A DNA stretch of 61,485 nucleotides, filler included, from 8 parts of 8 records of this genome joined end to end with filler, not necessarily neighbours in it, one strand, 5' to 3'; numbered from the whole stretch's first letter, positions 49,260-59,062 are shown. The notes: a model not told the origin generated them from the sequence alone. A program made the numbers and translations.

Positions 49260-49490
49260 TTTAACGTCCCCTACCCGCTCCGATCCGGGGTTTCAAGCTT
49301 GGGCTGTCAAACAAACAAAGCCTGTTTATGCTTATCTGATCCGGCCTATTGAGCCGGATTTAAAAAACAACCTTTTTCCTTTCACAAGCAAAGCAACTTT
49401 ATTACAGGCAATTTATCTATAATCTCATTGCCTTGCGCTTACACTTGCCTTGTTTAACTTAAATAAGCTAAACAAGTCGATCTGTAGTAC

Positions 49491-49520
49491 ATATACGGAC
49501 TGAGGATAAAATAGGTCACA
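49491..49520 (-). promoter_or_regulatory. Putative ECF-sigma promoter C (pilin cluster)
   Basis: TGTGACC-tattttatcctcagtc-CGTATAT, about 230 nt upstream of the first pilin. Confidence 0.75.
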
Positions 49521-49656
49521 TTGCAGTAATTTGGGCTGGACGTCATCACTAAAGGAACAGTCAGGGCCTGTCTTCTATGATAATTTTCCCAAATACAATT
49601 AGAGAATTAACTAAGCGTAAAGCTGGAGAAAACCGGCAGGGGAACGTTGGTCAACA

Positions 49657-50643
49657 CTATTCCAGAGATTTGATAAGATCTTCCAAGGCTTTACTGGCCA
49701 TGGTCCCGGCCGAAGATGTGAAAAACCATTTTTTCAGGCCCTTGACCCTGAGTTCAATAAGCTCTTCCGCGGGGACGCCTTGTCTTTTCAATTCCAGGTT
49801 AAACCCCGCCCTGGCATATCGATAAAGCTTGTCGGAATCCTTCATTATGCTTTCTTCCAGGGAAGCGGTTTCCAGGCCGGAGTCATGGGTTTCTATTATG
49901 GAGGTTATTTTGTCCGTGAGGCCCCGGTCATAATCAACGGCTTCAAGAATACGACGGGCGATTACAGCTCCATTTGTTTCATGAAGCCTGTTCAGCCGCC
50001 TGGCGTCTTCGCCCTGGGCGCGAACGCCGTACGCGCGACTAATCTGTTCAGGCGTAAGACTTGACCACCCCACATCGTGCAACACTACAGCCGGTTCGAC
50101 GATACGTCGGTCTCCGCCTTCCAATTGGAGCAATATGAGGGCCATACGGTGAGCTATGCGGGCGTGCAACAGGTCGCCTCGCACCGCCATGTAAGGTTCA
50201 GCCATCTGATACAGCTTCCGTATTGTTTTCGACCAATCGCTCAAATCAAGTTGAACAGGTAACGAATCTCCATTAAAAAGGCCAAGCTCTTGTTTCAGGC
50301 TGCATGGCGCCAGGATTTCCATAACAGTTTCATCGTGAATTCTTACTTCATCCGGGGGAAGAATAACGGCCCCTGGTATACCCTGTATTGAAACCGGCCT
50401 TATTTCAGCTTCACAAAAATGTTCTTCCGGAGGAATCAGTTTCAATCCGGTTGTTTCCGAGACCTGTTTCATCAACCCGGCAGAGTTTGAATCCAACTCC
50501 AGGTTTAATGTGCCCGGGAATGGTTGAAAACCTAATTTTTCCTGGCACTGGGCCATTACCCAATCCAGTCCGGTGAAAAATGCAGCCTTTTTTTGACCGC
50601 TGATTACCTTGCCGATCAGAATTATGTCGTTTGCAGTATTCAT
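49657..50643 (-). CDS. Fusion of CTP-dependent (archaeal-type) riboflavin kinase domain and HD phosphohydrolase domain
   Basis: N: GKVISG...EKLGFQPFPGTLNL...EILAP..LKQELGL.NGD. C: H..., LHDVGW, HE..G, HD, KDSDKL. Confidence 0.8.
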   Translation of the reverse strand: MNTANDIILIGKVISGQKKAAFFTGLDWVMAQCQEKLGFQPFPGTLNLELDSNSAGLMKQVSETTGLKLIPPEEHFCEAEIRPVSIQGIPGAVILPPDEVRIHDETVMEILAPCSLKQELGLFNGDSLPVQLDLSDWSKTIRKLYQMAEPYMAVRGDLLHARIAHRMALILLQLEGGDRRIVEPAVVLHDVGWSSLTPEQISRAYGVRAQGEDARRLNRLHETNGAVIARRILEAVDYDRGLTDKITSIIETHDSGLETASLEESIMKDSDKLYRYARAGFNLELKRQGVPAEELIELRVKGLKKWFFTSSAGTMASKALEDLIKSLE

Positions 50644-50690
50644 TTGACAAAATCAGATTTCATAAAAAGTAAAGGAACAGATCTGGATAT

Positions 50691-51875
50691 TTACTTGCGC
50701 AGCATTTCATCCATCATCTCGGCCGCGGCTTTGGCGAACTCCGGATCAAGAATATGCTGATCAAGTTCGGTTATCTTGACGGGTTTGGCAAGGTTGTTTT
50801 TTAGTTTTTCAATAAGGGCGCTTCCAATGGCGGGATCAAATAAAGGCCCCTGCTCGCTCATAGCTTCAGACCAGCCCCTGGCCGGAACCAGGATTTTTAT
50901 CGGCGAGTCGGAGCGATTGATTTTATCAGCCAACTGGTCGGCCAGCGTCATTGATTCTTCCTTGCTCAAGCTTACAGCGGAGCGAAAATCATAATAAAAA
51001 ATCCGGCGATTTTTTAATTCTTCAGGCACACTGTTTCGAGTGAACTCAAGAACGATGCAGTCCAACCCGCCCGGAATTACAAGGCGAGGAATGTTATTAT
51101 TTTGAACAGGATCCAAACGACCCGGTCCGATCAGGCGGCAGTATCCGCCGGGGTGGAGAGAGTCGGCCAATTCGTGGACGGCCAAATCCAGGATGCCGTC
51201 AAACCAGCCTTCGCCGGCCAGTTGTTCCATGGCCAACCCGCCGGTTCCATTGGCGTGAAAGGCAATGACTTCGTGTCCCATTGATTCCAGATGCTCCCTC
51301 ACCATCTCGGCTGTGCGGGTTATAAAGCCGAACATGGTCAAGGCCACCCGTTTTTTTCTTTGCAGCGGCTTCCATTCCGAAGCGGTCATACCGCACACCG
51401 CTCCGGCGGCGCTGTCCAGAATAAGACCGGACAGGGAATTTACCCCCAAAAGGTCGCCCACGCTGTGCATCATGGTGATGTCATGTACGCCGACTACAGG
51501 CCCCATGTCTCTGGAGGCCACGGTGGAAACAATGACTTTGGGAACGCCGAGAGGAAGAACCTTTATAATGGTTGCGGCCAGGTAAGTGCCGGTGCCGCCT
51601 CCGGCGGAGATCACCGCGCTTAGTTTACCCTGATCGTGCAGGTCCTTAACGAGCGCGCAGGCCTGCTCTATGATTTGCTGCATGGCGCGATCCCGATCCA
51701 GCAGATCTTGCGGTCGAAGATCGTAGTCGGGATTGAAGCCCGGAGGATCCTTGGCGCCAATGTTTATGGTCAGGGTTTGATAGCCCCTTTCTTCAATAGC
51801 TTGTTTTAGAAAGAGATGTTCTTCGGCCTTGGAATCGAACGTTCCCATCACGACTATGGTTGGTGAGTCTCTCAT
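50691..51875 (-). CDS. Tm-1-like ATP-binding domain protein (UPF0261)
   Basis: GTFDSKAEE, GGGTGT, LPLGVPKVIVSTVAS, TMFG, FHANGTGG.AME. Confidence 0.88.
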   Translation of the reverse strand: MRDSPTIVVMGTFDSKAEEHLFLKQAIEERGYQTLTINIGAKDPPGFNPDYDLRPQDLLDRDRAMQQIIEQACALVKDLHDQGKLSAVISAGGGTGTYLAATIIKVLPLGVPKVIVSTVASRDMGPVVGVHDITMMHSVGDLLGVNSLSGLILDSAAGAVCGMTASEWKPLQRKKRVALTMFGFITRTAEMVREHLESMGHEVIAFHANGTGGLAMEQLAGEGWFDGILDLAVHELADSLHPGGYCRLIGPGRLDPVQNNNIPRLVIPGGLDCIVLEFTRNSVPEELKNRRIFYYDFRSAVSLSKEESMTLADQLADKINRSDSPIKILVPARGWSEAMSEQGPLFDPAIGSALIEKLKNNLAKPVKITELDQHILDPEFAKAAAEMMDEMLRK

Positions 51876-51889
51876 CCGTTTGACCGTAA

Positions 51890-52447
51890 TCAGCTCCAGC
51901 GCTGGAACAGATTGTGCTCGATGCCCAGGTGATCCAGGGCCTTGCCGATGCTCTGGTGGACAAGATCCATTATGGTTTGGGGGCGGTGATAAAACGCCGG
52001 TATTGGCGGCAGGATGTAAGCGCCCATGTCGGCGGCCCTGGTCATGAGATCCAGGTGCCCTTTATGAAGAGGGGTTTCCCTGATCATCAATATTAAAGGT
52101 CTTTTTTCCTTCAAGGTGACGTCGGCCGCCCGGATGAGGAGATTGTAATTAAAGGAATTGGCAATGGCGGAAAGAGTTTTAACCGTGCATGGAACCACTA
52201 TCATGCCCCGGGTCAGAAAAGACCCGCTGGCGACCGAAGCGGCCACATTGTCGACGCGATGAACCACGTCGGCCAGTTCCCTGACCTGGTCGGGAGTATA
52301 GTCGGTTTCGATTTCCAGGTTCTTGGCGCCGGCGTCGCTCAGGATCAGATGGGTGTTTTGATCGAGCTCTCTCAGAATTTTTAGCAATTCAACGCCGTAG
52401 ATGACGCCGCTGGCGCCGGTGATGCCGATGACTATGGGTAAGGACAA
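51890..52447 (-). CDS. ubiX: Flavin prenyltransferase UbiX
   Basis: GITGASG, ASGSF, RAADVTLKE, RETPL, PAFY. Confidence 0.95.
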   Translation of the reverse strand: MSLPIVIGITGASGVIYGVELLKILRELDQNTHLILSDAGAKNLEIETDYTPDQVRELADVVHRVDNVAASVASGSFLTRGMIVVPCTVKTLSAIANSFNYNLLIRAADVTLKEKRPLILMIRETPLHKGHLDLMTRAADMGAYILPPIPAFYHRPQTIMDLVHQSIGKALDHLGIEHNLFQRWS

Positions 52448-52532
52448 ATGAGGCCTCCTGTGTGATAGCGTTGTCCAAATTTACATCATACTTCTGGGAC
52501 ATGACAGTAGTTAGTGAGTTATGGTTCGCCCG

Positions 52533-53121
52533 TTAAACAGGATCCGGGCAGGTCAAACGGTCGTTTTCTTCCGATATGCGACAGGCCTGGACATCGGAGA
52601 TAACTTCCAATGGCTTGTACCCGGCCTGCTTCAAGGCGTTAACAATTGATTCGATGTCTTCGGCTTCGAATCGTAGTATGATCTTTTTCGCCGGCGAATC
52701 CATCATGCGCATAGTGAATACGGCGTGATTGATAGCTCCGGCGGATGAAGAAACAGCCGCAACGCGGCTCAGGGCGCCGGGCTCCAGCATGGTCGGTTCA
52801 AGGGTTACGCCGTGCCAGTGCTCATCCGCACCCAGAATTTGAAGCAGGGATTGAAAAATTTCCACTTCTGAAACCACGCCGACCAGCTTGCCGTTTTCCA
52901 TTACCGGGAATGTGCTGATTTTTTCTCTTTGCCCCTTAAGCATGCAGAATTCAACCGTATCATTGATATCAACCGTCTTGACCATCCGGTTCATAAGGTC
53001 CTTGACCTTGAGCCTGTTGGCAAAAAAGTTGACTTCATGTATGTTTCCGCAAGAAGCTGCGCAGTTGGCCGCATGATTCAGATTTTTACGGGTCAACACG
53101 CCCCTCAGGCGGCCGTCATCC
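52533..53121 (-). CDS. CBS-pair protein resembling phenylphosphate synthase subunit gamma (PpsC); 5'-truncated
   Basis: DDGRLRGVLTR, NFFANRLKVKDLM, DTVEFCMLKGQ, FPVMENG, GVTL.P, KKIILRF match my recollection of PpsC. The CBS fold itself is secure. Confidence 0.65.
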
Positions 53122-53221
53122 NNNNNNNNNNNNNNNNNNNNNNNNNNNNNNNNNNNNNNNNNNNNTTAATTAATTAANNNNNNNNNNNNNNNNNNNNNNN
53201 NNNNNNNNNNNNNNNNNNNNN
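53122..53221. other. Artificial contig linker
   Basis: 44 N + TTAATTAATTAA + 44 N. Confidence 0.98.
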
Positions 53222-53353
53222 ATCGCCCTGATGGCCTCCGGAAGAATCGATATGCGGAAAATGTGCACAGGAAGATACAACCTAGAAGACATAAAAAAGG
53301 GTATGGAAATTACTTCCGGTAAGGTTCTTGTAAGCACCTTGTATGACAAATGA
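53222..53353 (+). CDS. 3' end of a probable Zn-dependent (MDR) dehydrogenase
   Basis: Hand translation IALMASGRIDMRKMCTGRYNLEDIKKGMEITSGKVLVSTLYDK*. Confidence 0.65.
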   Translation: MALMASGRIDMRKMCTGRYNLEDIKKGMEITSGKVLVSTLYDK

Positions 53354-53387
53354 AATCAACCATTCGTAATGAAAAGAGGAGAGAAAG

Positions 53388-54446
53388 ATGAAAGCTAATA
53401 TTGCATTTATGCACGGTCCCCATGATCTTCGGATTGAAGAAGTCGAAATGCCTGAACTGAAGCCTGATCAGGTTCTGTTTAAGATGAAAGCCTGTGGAAT
53501 CTGCGGTTCTGATGTGGAGTGTTTTGAAGGGGAATCAGCAGAAGGTCGCTATGATATCGCCCCCTATACTCCCGGCCATGAATTTGCCGGTCAGGCTGTT
53601 GCCGTCGGTTCTGCAGTTACTTCTGTTAAAGTAGGTGACAAGGTTGTAGGCGACTGTGTGTTGGCTTGCGGTAACTGTGCAAACTGTAAGGACGATAAGA
53701 TGCCTTCCGCCTGTCTTAATATGCGTGAAACCGGATTTATGCCCAACTCTCCCGGAGGAATGGGGGAGTACATGATCCTTGAAGAAAAATATACTCATGT
53801 TATTCCTGATGATTGGGACTACGAACTGGGTGCATGGGTAGAGACCTTTAATGTAGGTTATTGGGGCGTCTGGGGAAATGGATGTGATCCAGATGCTTCT
53901 GATGTATGCGCCATTGTAGGGGGCGGCCCCATCGGACTTAGTGCTTCCATGGTCTGTAAAGAGGCTGGAGCAAAGGTTATCGTAATCGATCCTATTCCCG
54001 CAAGACGTGAGAACGCTCTGAAATATGGAGCTGATGTTGTTCTTGATCCCACCGCTGGCGATATCGAGCAGATGGTGAAAGAACACTCCGATGGCAAGGG
54101 AGCGTCTGTCGTTATTGAGTGTTCCGGAAACGATGTGGGAATCGCTTCCATATTCGATATCTCTGCACATAACGCCAGAATCGGTGTGGTCGGCCACTCC
54201 ATCGGACGGAAGGTCCCTGTGGAGCTGGGAAAGATCATCTGGAAAACCCTGACCTTGAGAGGCTCCGGTGGAACCAAGCTCTGGTTCCCCAGAACGATTC
54301 GCTTTATGTCTCAGATTAAGGACAAGTATGACTTTGCCGCCCTGAATACTCACCATTTCAAGTTCAAGGATCTGGATAAGGCGTTCGATATGGCCGTAAA
54401 TCACAAGGATATTGCCAGAAAGGTTATGCTGACATTTGACGACTAA
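53388..54446 (+). CDS. Zn-dependent alcohol/polyol dehydrogenase
   Basis: CGICGSD, GHE, C-x2-C-x2-C-x8-C, GGGPIG. Confidence 0.9.
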   Translation: MKANIAFMHGPHDLRIEEVEMPELKPDQVLFKMKACGICGSDVECFEGESAEGRYDIAPYTPGHEFAGQAVAVGSAVTSVKVGDKVVGDCVLACGNCANCKDDKMPSACLNMRETGFMPNSPGGMGEYMILEEKYTHVIPDDWDYELGAWVETFNVGYWGVWGNGCDPDASDVCAIVGGGPIGLSASMVCKEAGAKVIVIDPIPARRENALKYGADVVLDPTAGDIEQMVKEHSDGKGASVVIECSGNDVGIASIFDISAHNARIGVVGHSIGRKVPVELGKIIWKTLTLRGSGGTKLWFPRTIRFMSQIKDKYDFAALNTHHFKFKDLDKAFDMAVNHKDIARKVMLTFDD

Positions 54447-54519
54447 GACTCGAATAGAGGCCTTCTCTAGGGCTTAGAACGTTTGATCTTAACAGAATTA
54501 TTATTAGATAGAATCATTT

Positions 54520-54560
54520 AAGGGGGGAGTTCCGGCTTCGCTGGAAGAGCTCCCCCCTTT
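54520..54560 (+). terminator. Intrinsic terminator
   Basis: AAGGGGGGAG...CTCCCCCCTT stem. Confidence 0.7.
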
Positions 54561-54678
54561 GATATATGAGATATTTATGATTCGCGTAATATCTTAGATA
54601 TTTTTTTAGTGAAATTGCGCTGGCTCTACAGTATTATAATGAGGAGATAGCCGTAGATTATAGAGAGGCATAACTAAT

Positions 54679-55866
54679 ATGATGGATGCATTAGTGCTTA
54701 GCGCGGAATGGAAGCCTGCTGATGATTATCAGGGCGGAAGCAGAGATATACAAGGGCAGCAGGCGACCATAGGGAGCAAGGTATGGAGAAATCCTGAGGT
54801 GATTCTCAAAAGACTTCCCGTGCCTGAACCTGCTGACGATGAAGTGCTTCTGAAGGTTCAGGCCTGTGGTATTTGTGGTAGCGATATCCATATGTCCCAG
54901 AGAGGAAAAGACGGGTACATCCCTTATCCCGGTTTAACCAGTTTCCCCGTAATCCTGGGACATGAACTGTCCGGTGTTGTCGTTGACGCCGGTCCTCAAG
55001 CACTGAATAGAAGTACCGGTCTCCCCTTTGAGAAAGGAGAAATCCTTTGTGCCGAAGAGATGCATTGGTGCGGAACATGTACTTCCTGTGTTATGGGTGA
55101 ACCAAATTACTGTGAGAACCTGAATGAGATGGGGTTTAATCGAGACGGTGGCTTTGCGGAATATGTAGCAGTTCCAGCTAAATCTCTATGGAGCCTTAAT
55201 GCTCTGAAAAGAAACTACTCAGGAAAGGAACTGTTTATTGCGGGCAGTCTTATTGAGCCTGTGGCCGTTTCTTATAACGCTATATATACGTTTTCAGGAG
55301 GAATCCTTCCCGGCCAGTTTGTTGTTGTAAATGGGGGGGGGCCTATCGGCCTTTCCGCTTGTATGCTGGCGAAACGATCCGGAGCATCAAAAGTTATCTT
55401 AATAGAACCTTCCTCGTCCAGGAGAAATATTGGCAGTAAGATGGGAGCCGACTATACTTTGGATAATAGTACTACAGATCTGGAAGCTGAGATCATGCAT
55501 TTGACTGAAGGAATGGGAGCTCATTTGTATTTAGAGGCTTCCGGATATACTGCAGACTTCTGGAGGATAGCTGAACGCTGTATTTGGAAAGGAAAGATTA
55601 TTGGAACGAAATTTTGTATTGTTTCACGTAGTGAGGAACGAATAGATGTTTCTCCTGATATCCTTCAGGTTAAAAAGGTGTCTCTTTCTGGTGCCATAGG
55701 TCATGCGGGTCATAATAACTTCCATAATTCAATAGAATTGGTTTCTGATTGTAAAGAAATTCTCTCAATGGTTACCAAGACTATAAATCTTCCTGATGTC
55801 CCTCGTGAACTGGTCTCCCTTCAGAATAATAAGACGGATTGTAAAGTCACTGTTCTTATGGAATAA
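54679..55866 (+). CDS. iolM: Scyllo-inosose 3-dehydrogenase-like protein
   Basis: N-terminal extension L.AEW.P...GSKVWRNP and GYIPYPGLTSFPVILGHE as in Thermotoga IolM; iolG nearby. Confidence 0.78.
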   Translation: MMDALVLSAEWKPADDYQGGSRDIQGQQATIGSKVWRNPEVILKRLPVPEPADDEVLLKVQACGICGSDIHMSQRGKDGYIPYPGLTSFPVILGHELSGVVVDAGPQALNRSTGLPFEKGEILCAEEMHWCGTCTSCVMGEPNYCENLNEMGFNRDGGFAEYVAVPAKSLWSLNALKRNYSGKELFIAGSLIEPVAVSYNAIYTFSGGILPGQFVVVNGGGPIGLSACMLAKRSGASKVILIEPSSSRRNIGSKMGADYTLDNSTTDLEAEIMHLTEGMGAHLYLEASGYTADFWRIAERCIWKGKIIGTKFCIVSRSEERIDVSPDILQVKKVSLSGAIGHAGHNNFHNSIELVSDCKEILSMVTKTINLPDVPRELVSLQNNKTDCKVTVLME

Positions 55867-56032
55867 TATTAGCTCGTAAGTGATCTTTTGTAAAAGTAGT
55901 TATAAATAGCTTGATTGTACTTTTCATACTTGAATATGCGGCTGAACTGAAGCTTTTATAGCAGGCAATACTGGAGACATATATTATTTTAGGGGGTAGG
56001 GGGTGATTTATATTTGTCGCCCTTGATTTAAA

Positions 56033-56683
56033 ATGGTTGAGAAACAGACAAAATCGAAAAGCGAACTAGTTTATGAGCGTCTTAAGGAGATGATCATAAC
56101 CCATGAGCTTCCCCAGGGAGAGCCTTTGTCTGAAAGGAATATCAGCCATCTATTCGAATCCAGTAGAACTCCCGTAAGAGAAGCACTGCAAAGGCTGACC
56201 AATGAGCACTTTGTTGATATGACTCCCAAATTTGGTGCCCTGGTTTCCAAGGTCACCTATGAGACCATTCTCGAAGTATATGAAACACGTGAAGTCCTTG
56301 AGGGACTTGCAGCGCGTTTGTGTGTCGGAAATCTTCAGGATAGTGATCGATCTGAATTTAAGCAAATGTCAAATGATTTCCTCATGGCATTAAAGGAAGA
56401 ACGGTATTCCGATTCCATTCCTCTGGATGTGAAGTTTCATGGTTTTATCATCTCTCACTGCAGGAATAGTATGCTGATGAATATGATAAATCTCCTTTCT
56501 GATCATAGTAGAAGGATTACAAGACTGATTGAATATACCAATGAATGGTCAGAAACTGTTCAGCGCCAGCATACGAACATTGCGAACTCTATTCTAAAGG
56601 GCGATGGATTTGGTGCTGAGAATGCTATGAAAGAACATCTCGCATCGGCAAGGGAGCGGCATCTTATCCAGCTGAGAAGATAA
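56033..56683 (+). CDS. GntR (FadR/FCD) transcriptional regulator
   Basis: SRTPVREAL, YETREVLEG, D..FH, H..I. Confidence 0.93.
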   Translation: MVEKQTKSKSELVYERLKEMIITHELPQGEPLSERNISHLFESSRTPVREALQRLTNEHFVDMTPKFGALVSKVTYETILEVYETREVLEGLAARLCVGNLQDSDRSEFKQMSNDFLMALKEERYSDSIPLDVKFHGFIISHCRNSMLMNMINLLSDHSRRITRLIEYTNEWSETVQRQHTNIANSILKGDGFGAENAMKEHLASARERHLIQLRR

Positions 56684-56794
56684 AAATAATCATATAATAT
56701 TACATCTCAGTTTCATTTTTTATAGGTCAATTATCTAAGTTTTTTTCTTGATGTGTAGCTGTATTTTTCTTCGTAAATTACTTCCAATATTTGT

Positions 56795-56824
56795 TTGACG
56801 CCAGTGGCATACCAGTGGTATCAT
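56795..56824 (+). promoter_or_regulatory. Sigma70 promoter overlapped by a near-palindromic GntR-type operator
   Basis: TTGACG-N18-TATCAT; TGACGCCAGTGGCATACCAGTGGTATCA is nearly self-complementary. Confidence 0.65.
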
Positions 56825-56848
56825 GTTTAAAACTTAAGGAGGTTGCAA

Positions 56849-57928
56849 ATGAAAAAAATAGTTTTTCTTTTGCTGCTGGCACTAATGGTCAGCACTGTAA
56901 TGATGTTTGCGAATGGAGAGCAGGAAGGTGTATCCGCTGCGGATGACGGTGTTATTAAAATTGGTATTTCAGTAGGTACTCTCAAGCAGGAGAGATGGCA
57001 GCGGGAGATCGAGATGTTCAAAGCCTATGGAGAGGCTAATGATATCAAGATCCTGGTACAATCCGCAGAAGATGACGCCATGAAGCAGATGGCACAGTGT
57101 GAAAACCTGCTTGTACAGGGAATAGATGTTCTTATTGTTCAGGCTCTTGACTCTGAAGCAATGGGAGCTGTTGTAGAACCTGCTCATGAGATGGGTGTTC
57201 CTGTCATTGCCTATGACCGTCTTGTTCGCAATGGTGAGCTGGATTACTACGTTACTTTCGATTCCGTAAAGGTTGGTGAGGTTCAAGCTAAATTTGTTGT
57301 TAACCAGGCTCCTACAGGTAAATATATCTGGTTGAAGGGTGGTCCGGAAGATTTCAATGCTCATCTTGTGTATGAAGGCCATAAGAATGTACTGCAGCCT
57401 TATATCGACCGCGGAGATATTGATATTGTTCTTGAACAGTGGTGTAAGGGATGGAGTCCTGAGGAAGCGCTTAAGCATACGGAAAATGGACTGACCTTAG
57501 CTGGAAATAATGTTCAGGCTGTTATCGCTTCCAATGACGGTACCGCAGGTGGTGCTATTCAGGCACTCGCCGCACAGGGGCTGGCCGGTATGGTCCCCAT
57601 TGCAGGTCAGGATGCGGATATTGCTGCTTGCCAGAGAATCGTGGAAGGCCTTCAGACAGGTACTGTATATAAACCCTTGGCCATGCTGAATGAGGCCGCT
57701 ATGAACTTGGCTGTGGCACTTGCCAAGGGTGAAGATCCCAAGCAGACAATTGGTACGGATCTGGGTATATGGACCACTCTTGATAATGGAATGAAGATGG
57801 TCGACTCCTATTCAGTAGATGTAGTGGCTGTTGATAAGAACAATATGGAGGAGATTATTATTGCTGATGGTTTTCACGCCGTTGAGGATGTTTATGTAAA
57901 TGTTCCTAAGGATCAGTGGCCCCAATAA
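56849..57928 (+). CDS. Sugar ABC transporter substrate-binding protein (XylF/ChvE family)
   Basis: AAGGAGG RBS; spirochaete-style FANGEQE leader; ERWQRE, IAYDRL, NDGTAGG, GQDAD, TVYKP. Confidence 0.9.
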   Translation: MKKIVFLLLLALMVSTVMMFANGEQEGVSAADDGVIKIGISVGTLKQERWQREIEMFKAYGEANDIKILVQSAEDDAMKQMAQCENLLVQGIDVLIVQALDSEAMGAVVEPAHEMGVPVIAYDRLVRNGELDYYVTFDSVKVGEVQAKFVVNQAPTGKYIWLKGGPEDFNAHLVYEGHKNVLQPYIDRGDIDIVLEQWCKGWSPEEALKHTENGLTLAGNNVQAVIASNDGTAGGAIQALAAQGLAGMVPIAGQDADIAACQRIVEGLQTGTVYKPLAMLNEAAMNLAVALAKGEDPKQTIGTDLGIWTTLDNGMKMVDSYSVDVVAVDKNNMEEIIIADGFHAVEDVYVNVPKDQWPQ

Positions 57929-57953
57929 TATAATCAGTCTTTTTTGAATATTC

Positions 57954-57978
57954 TCCGGCGGCGAAAACCGCCGGATTT
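57954..57978 (+). terminator. Hairpin/terminator after the binding protein
   Basis: TCCGGCGG-CGAAAA-CCGCCGGA-TTT. Confidence 0.6.
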
Positions 57979-58012
57979 CAACTAAATTAAACATGAAAAA
58001 GGAAGGCCTATC

Positions 58013-59062
58013 GTGAATCGAAAATTAAAAATAGGTGTTATAGGAGCTGGAAAGATCGGTCGTCTTCATCTGGAGAGCGTTATTAACTACATTCCTGAAG
58101 CAGAAGTTGTACAGGTAGCAGATCCCTATATCTCACAGGAAACCAGGGAATGGCTTAAGGATAACGGTGTCGCCTCTGTTATTGATGATGCGGATGCACT
58201 TATCAATAACAGGGATGTCGAAGCTGTAATGATCCTCTCTTCCACCAATTTGCATGCGGAACAGATTGTTAAGGCTGCCAAAGCAAAGAAGCATATATTC
58301 TGTGAGAAACCGGTTCACTTTGAATTACAGACTATCCTGGAAACCTTGAAAGTGGTCAATGAGTCAGGGGTGAAATTTCAGATAGGTTTCAACAGGAGGT
58401 TCGATCACAATTTTAAACGTATCTTTGATGTTGTCCAGTCCGGAAAAATCGGATCACCGCATATAGTGAAAATCACATCAAGAGACCCGGCTCCTCCTCC
58501 TCTCGACTATGTCAAAGTGTCCGGCGGTTTGTTCATGGACATGATGATCCATGACTTTGATATGATTCGTTATCTTTCTGGAAAAGAAGTCGTCTCTGTT
58601 TCCACCAGGGGAGGGTGTCTTATTGACGAGAAGATTAAAGATGAGGGTGACGTGGATACGGCTATCGTAACCGTAGAATTTGATGACGGTTCTTTCGGTG
58701 TTATCGATAACTCCCGTCAGGCTGTTTACGGATATGATCAGAGAGCTGAGGTTTTTGGACCGAAGGGATGCTGCGCGACTGAGAATGATACGGATACCAG
58801 AGTTTCTGTTATTACGGTTGATGGGGCTGAGTCGGATAAGCCGCCTTATTTCTTCTTACAAAGGTATTTTCAAGCCTATGTCGATGAGATGAGGAGTTTT
58901 ACAGAATCCGTATTGGGTGATAAAGCTGTTGTATGTGGTATGTATGATGCTATCCGTCCTGTTGTCATCGCCAGAGCTGCTGGATTGTCTCTCAAAGAAG
59001 GCAGAACGGTCAAACTGGACGAAATCTTGGATGAGGCAACTATTTCACAGTATCTGGGATAA
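58013..59062 (+). CDS. iolG: Inositol 2-dehydrogenase
   Basis: GAGKIG, CEKP, GFNRRFD, ITSRDP, SGGLFMDMMIHDFD, NSRQAVYGYDQR, FFLQRY. Confidence 0.9.
   Translation: MNRKLKIGVIGAGKIGRLHLESVINYIPEAEVVQVADPYISQETREWLKDNGVASVIDDADALINNRDVEAVMILSSTNLHAEQIVKAAKAKKHIFCEKPVHFELQTILETLKVVNESGVKFQIGFNRRFDHNFKRIFDVVQSGKIGSPHIVKITSRDPAPPPLDYVKVSGGLFMDMMIHDFDMIRYLSGKEVVSVSTRGGCLIDEKIKDEGDVDTAIVTVEFDDGSFGVIDNSRQAVYGYDQRAEVFGPKGCCATENDTDTRVSVITVDGAESDKPPYFFLQRYFQAYVDEMRSFTESVLGDKAVVCGMYDAIRPVVIARAAGLSLKEGRTVKLDEILDEATISQYLG

Noticed and set aside
7612-53221. Seven recurring TTAATTAATTAA motifs as a biological repeat or CRISPR-like array
   Set aside because: Each is flanked by exactly 44 N per side, has stops in all frames and truncates genes; these are assembly linkers.
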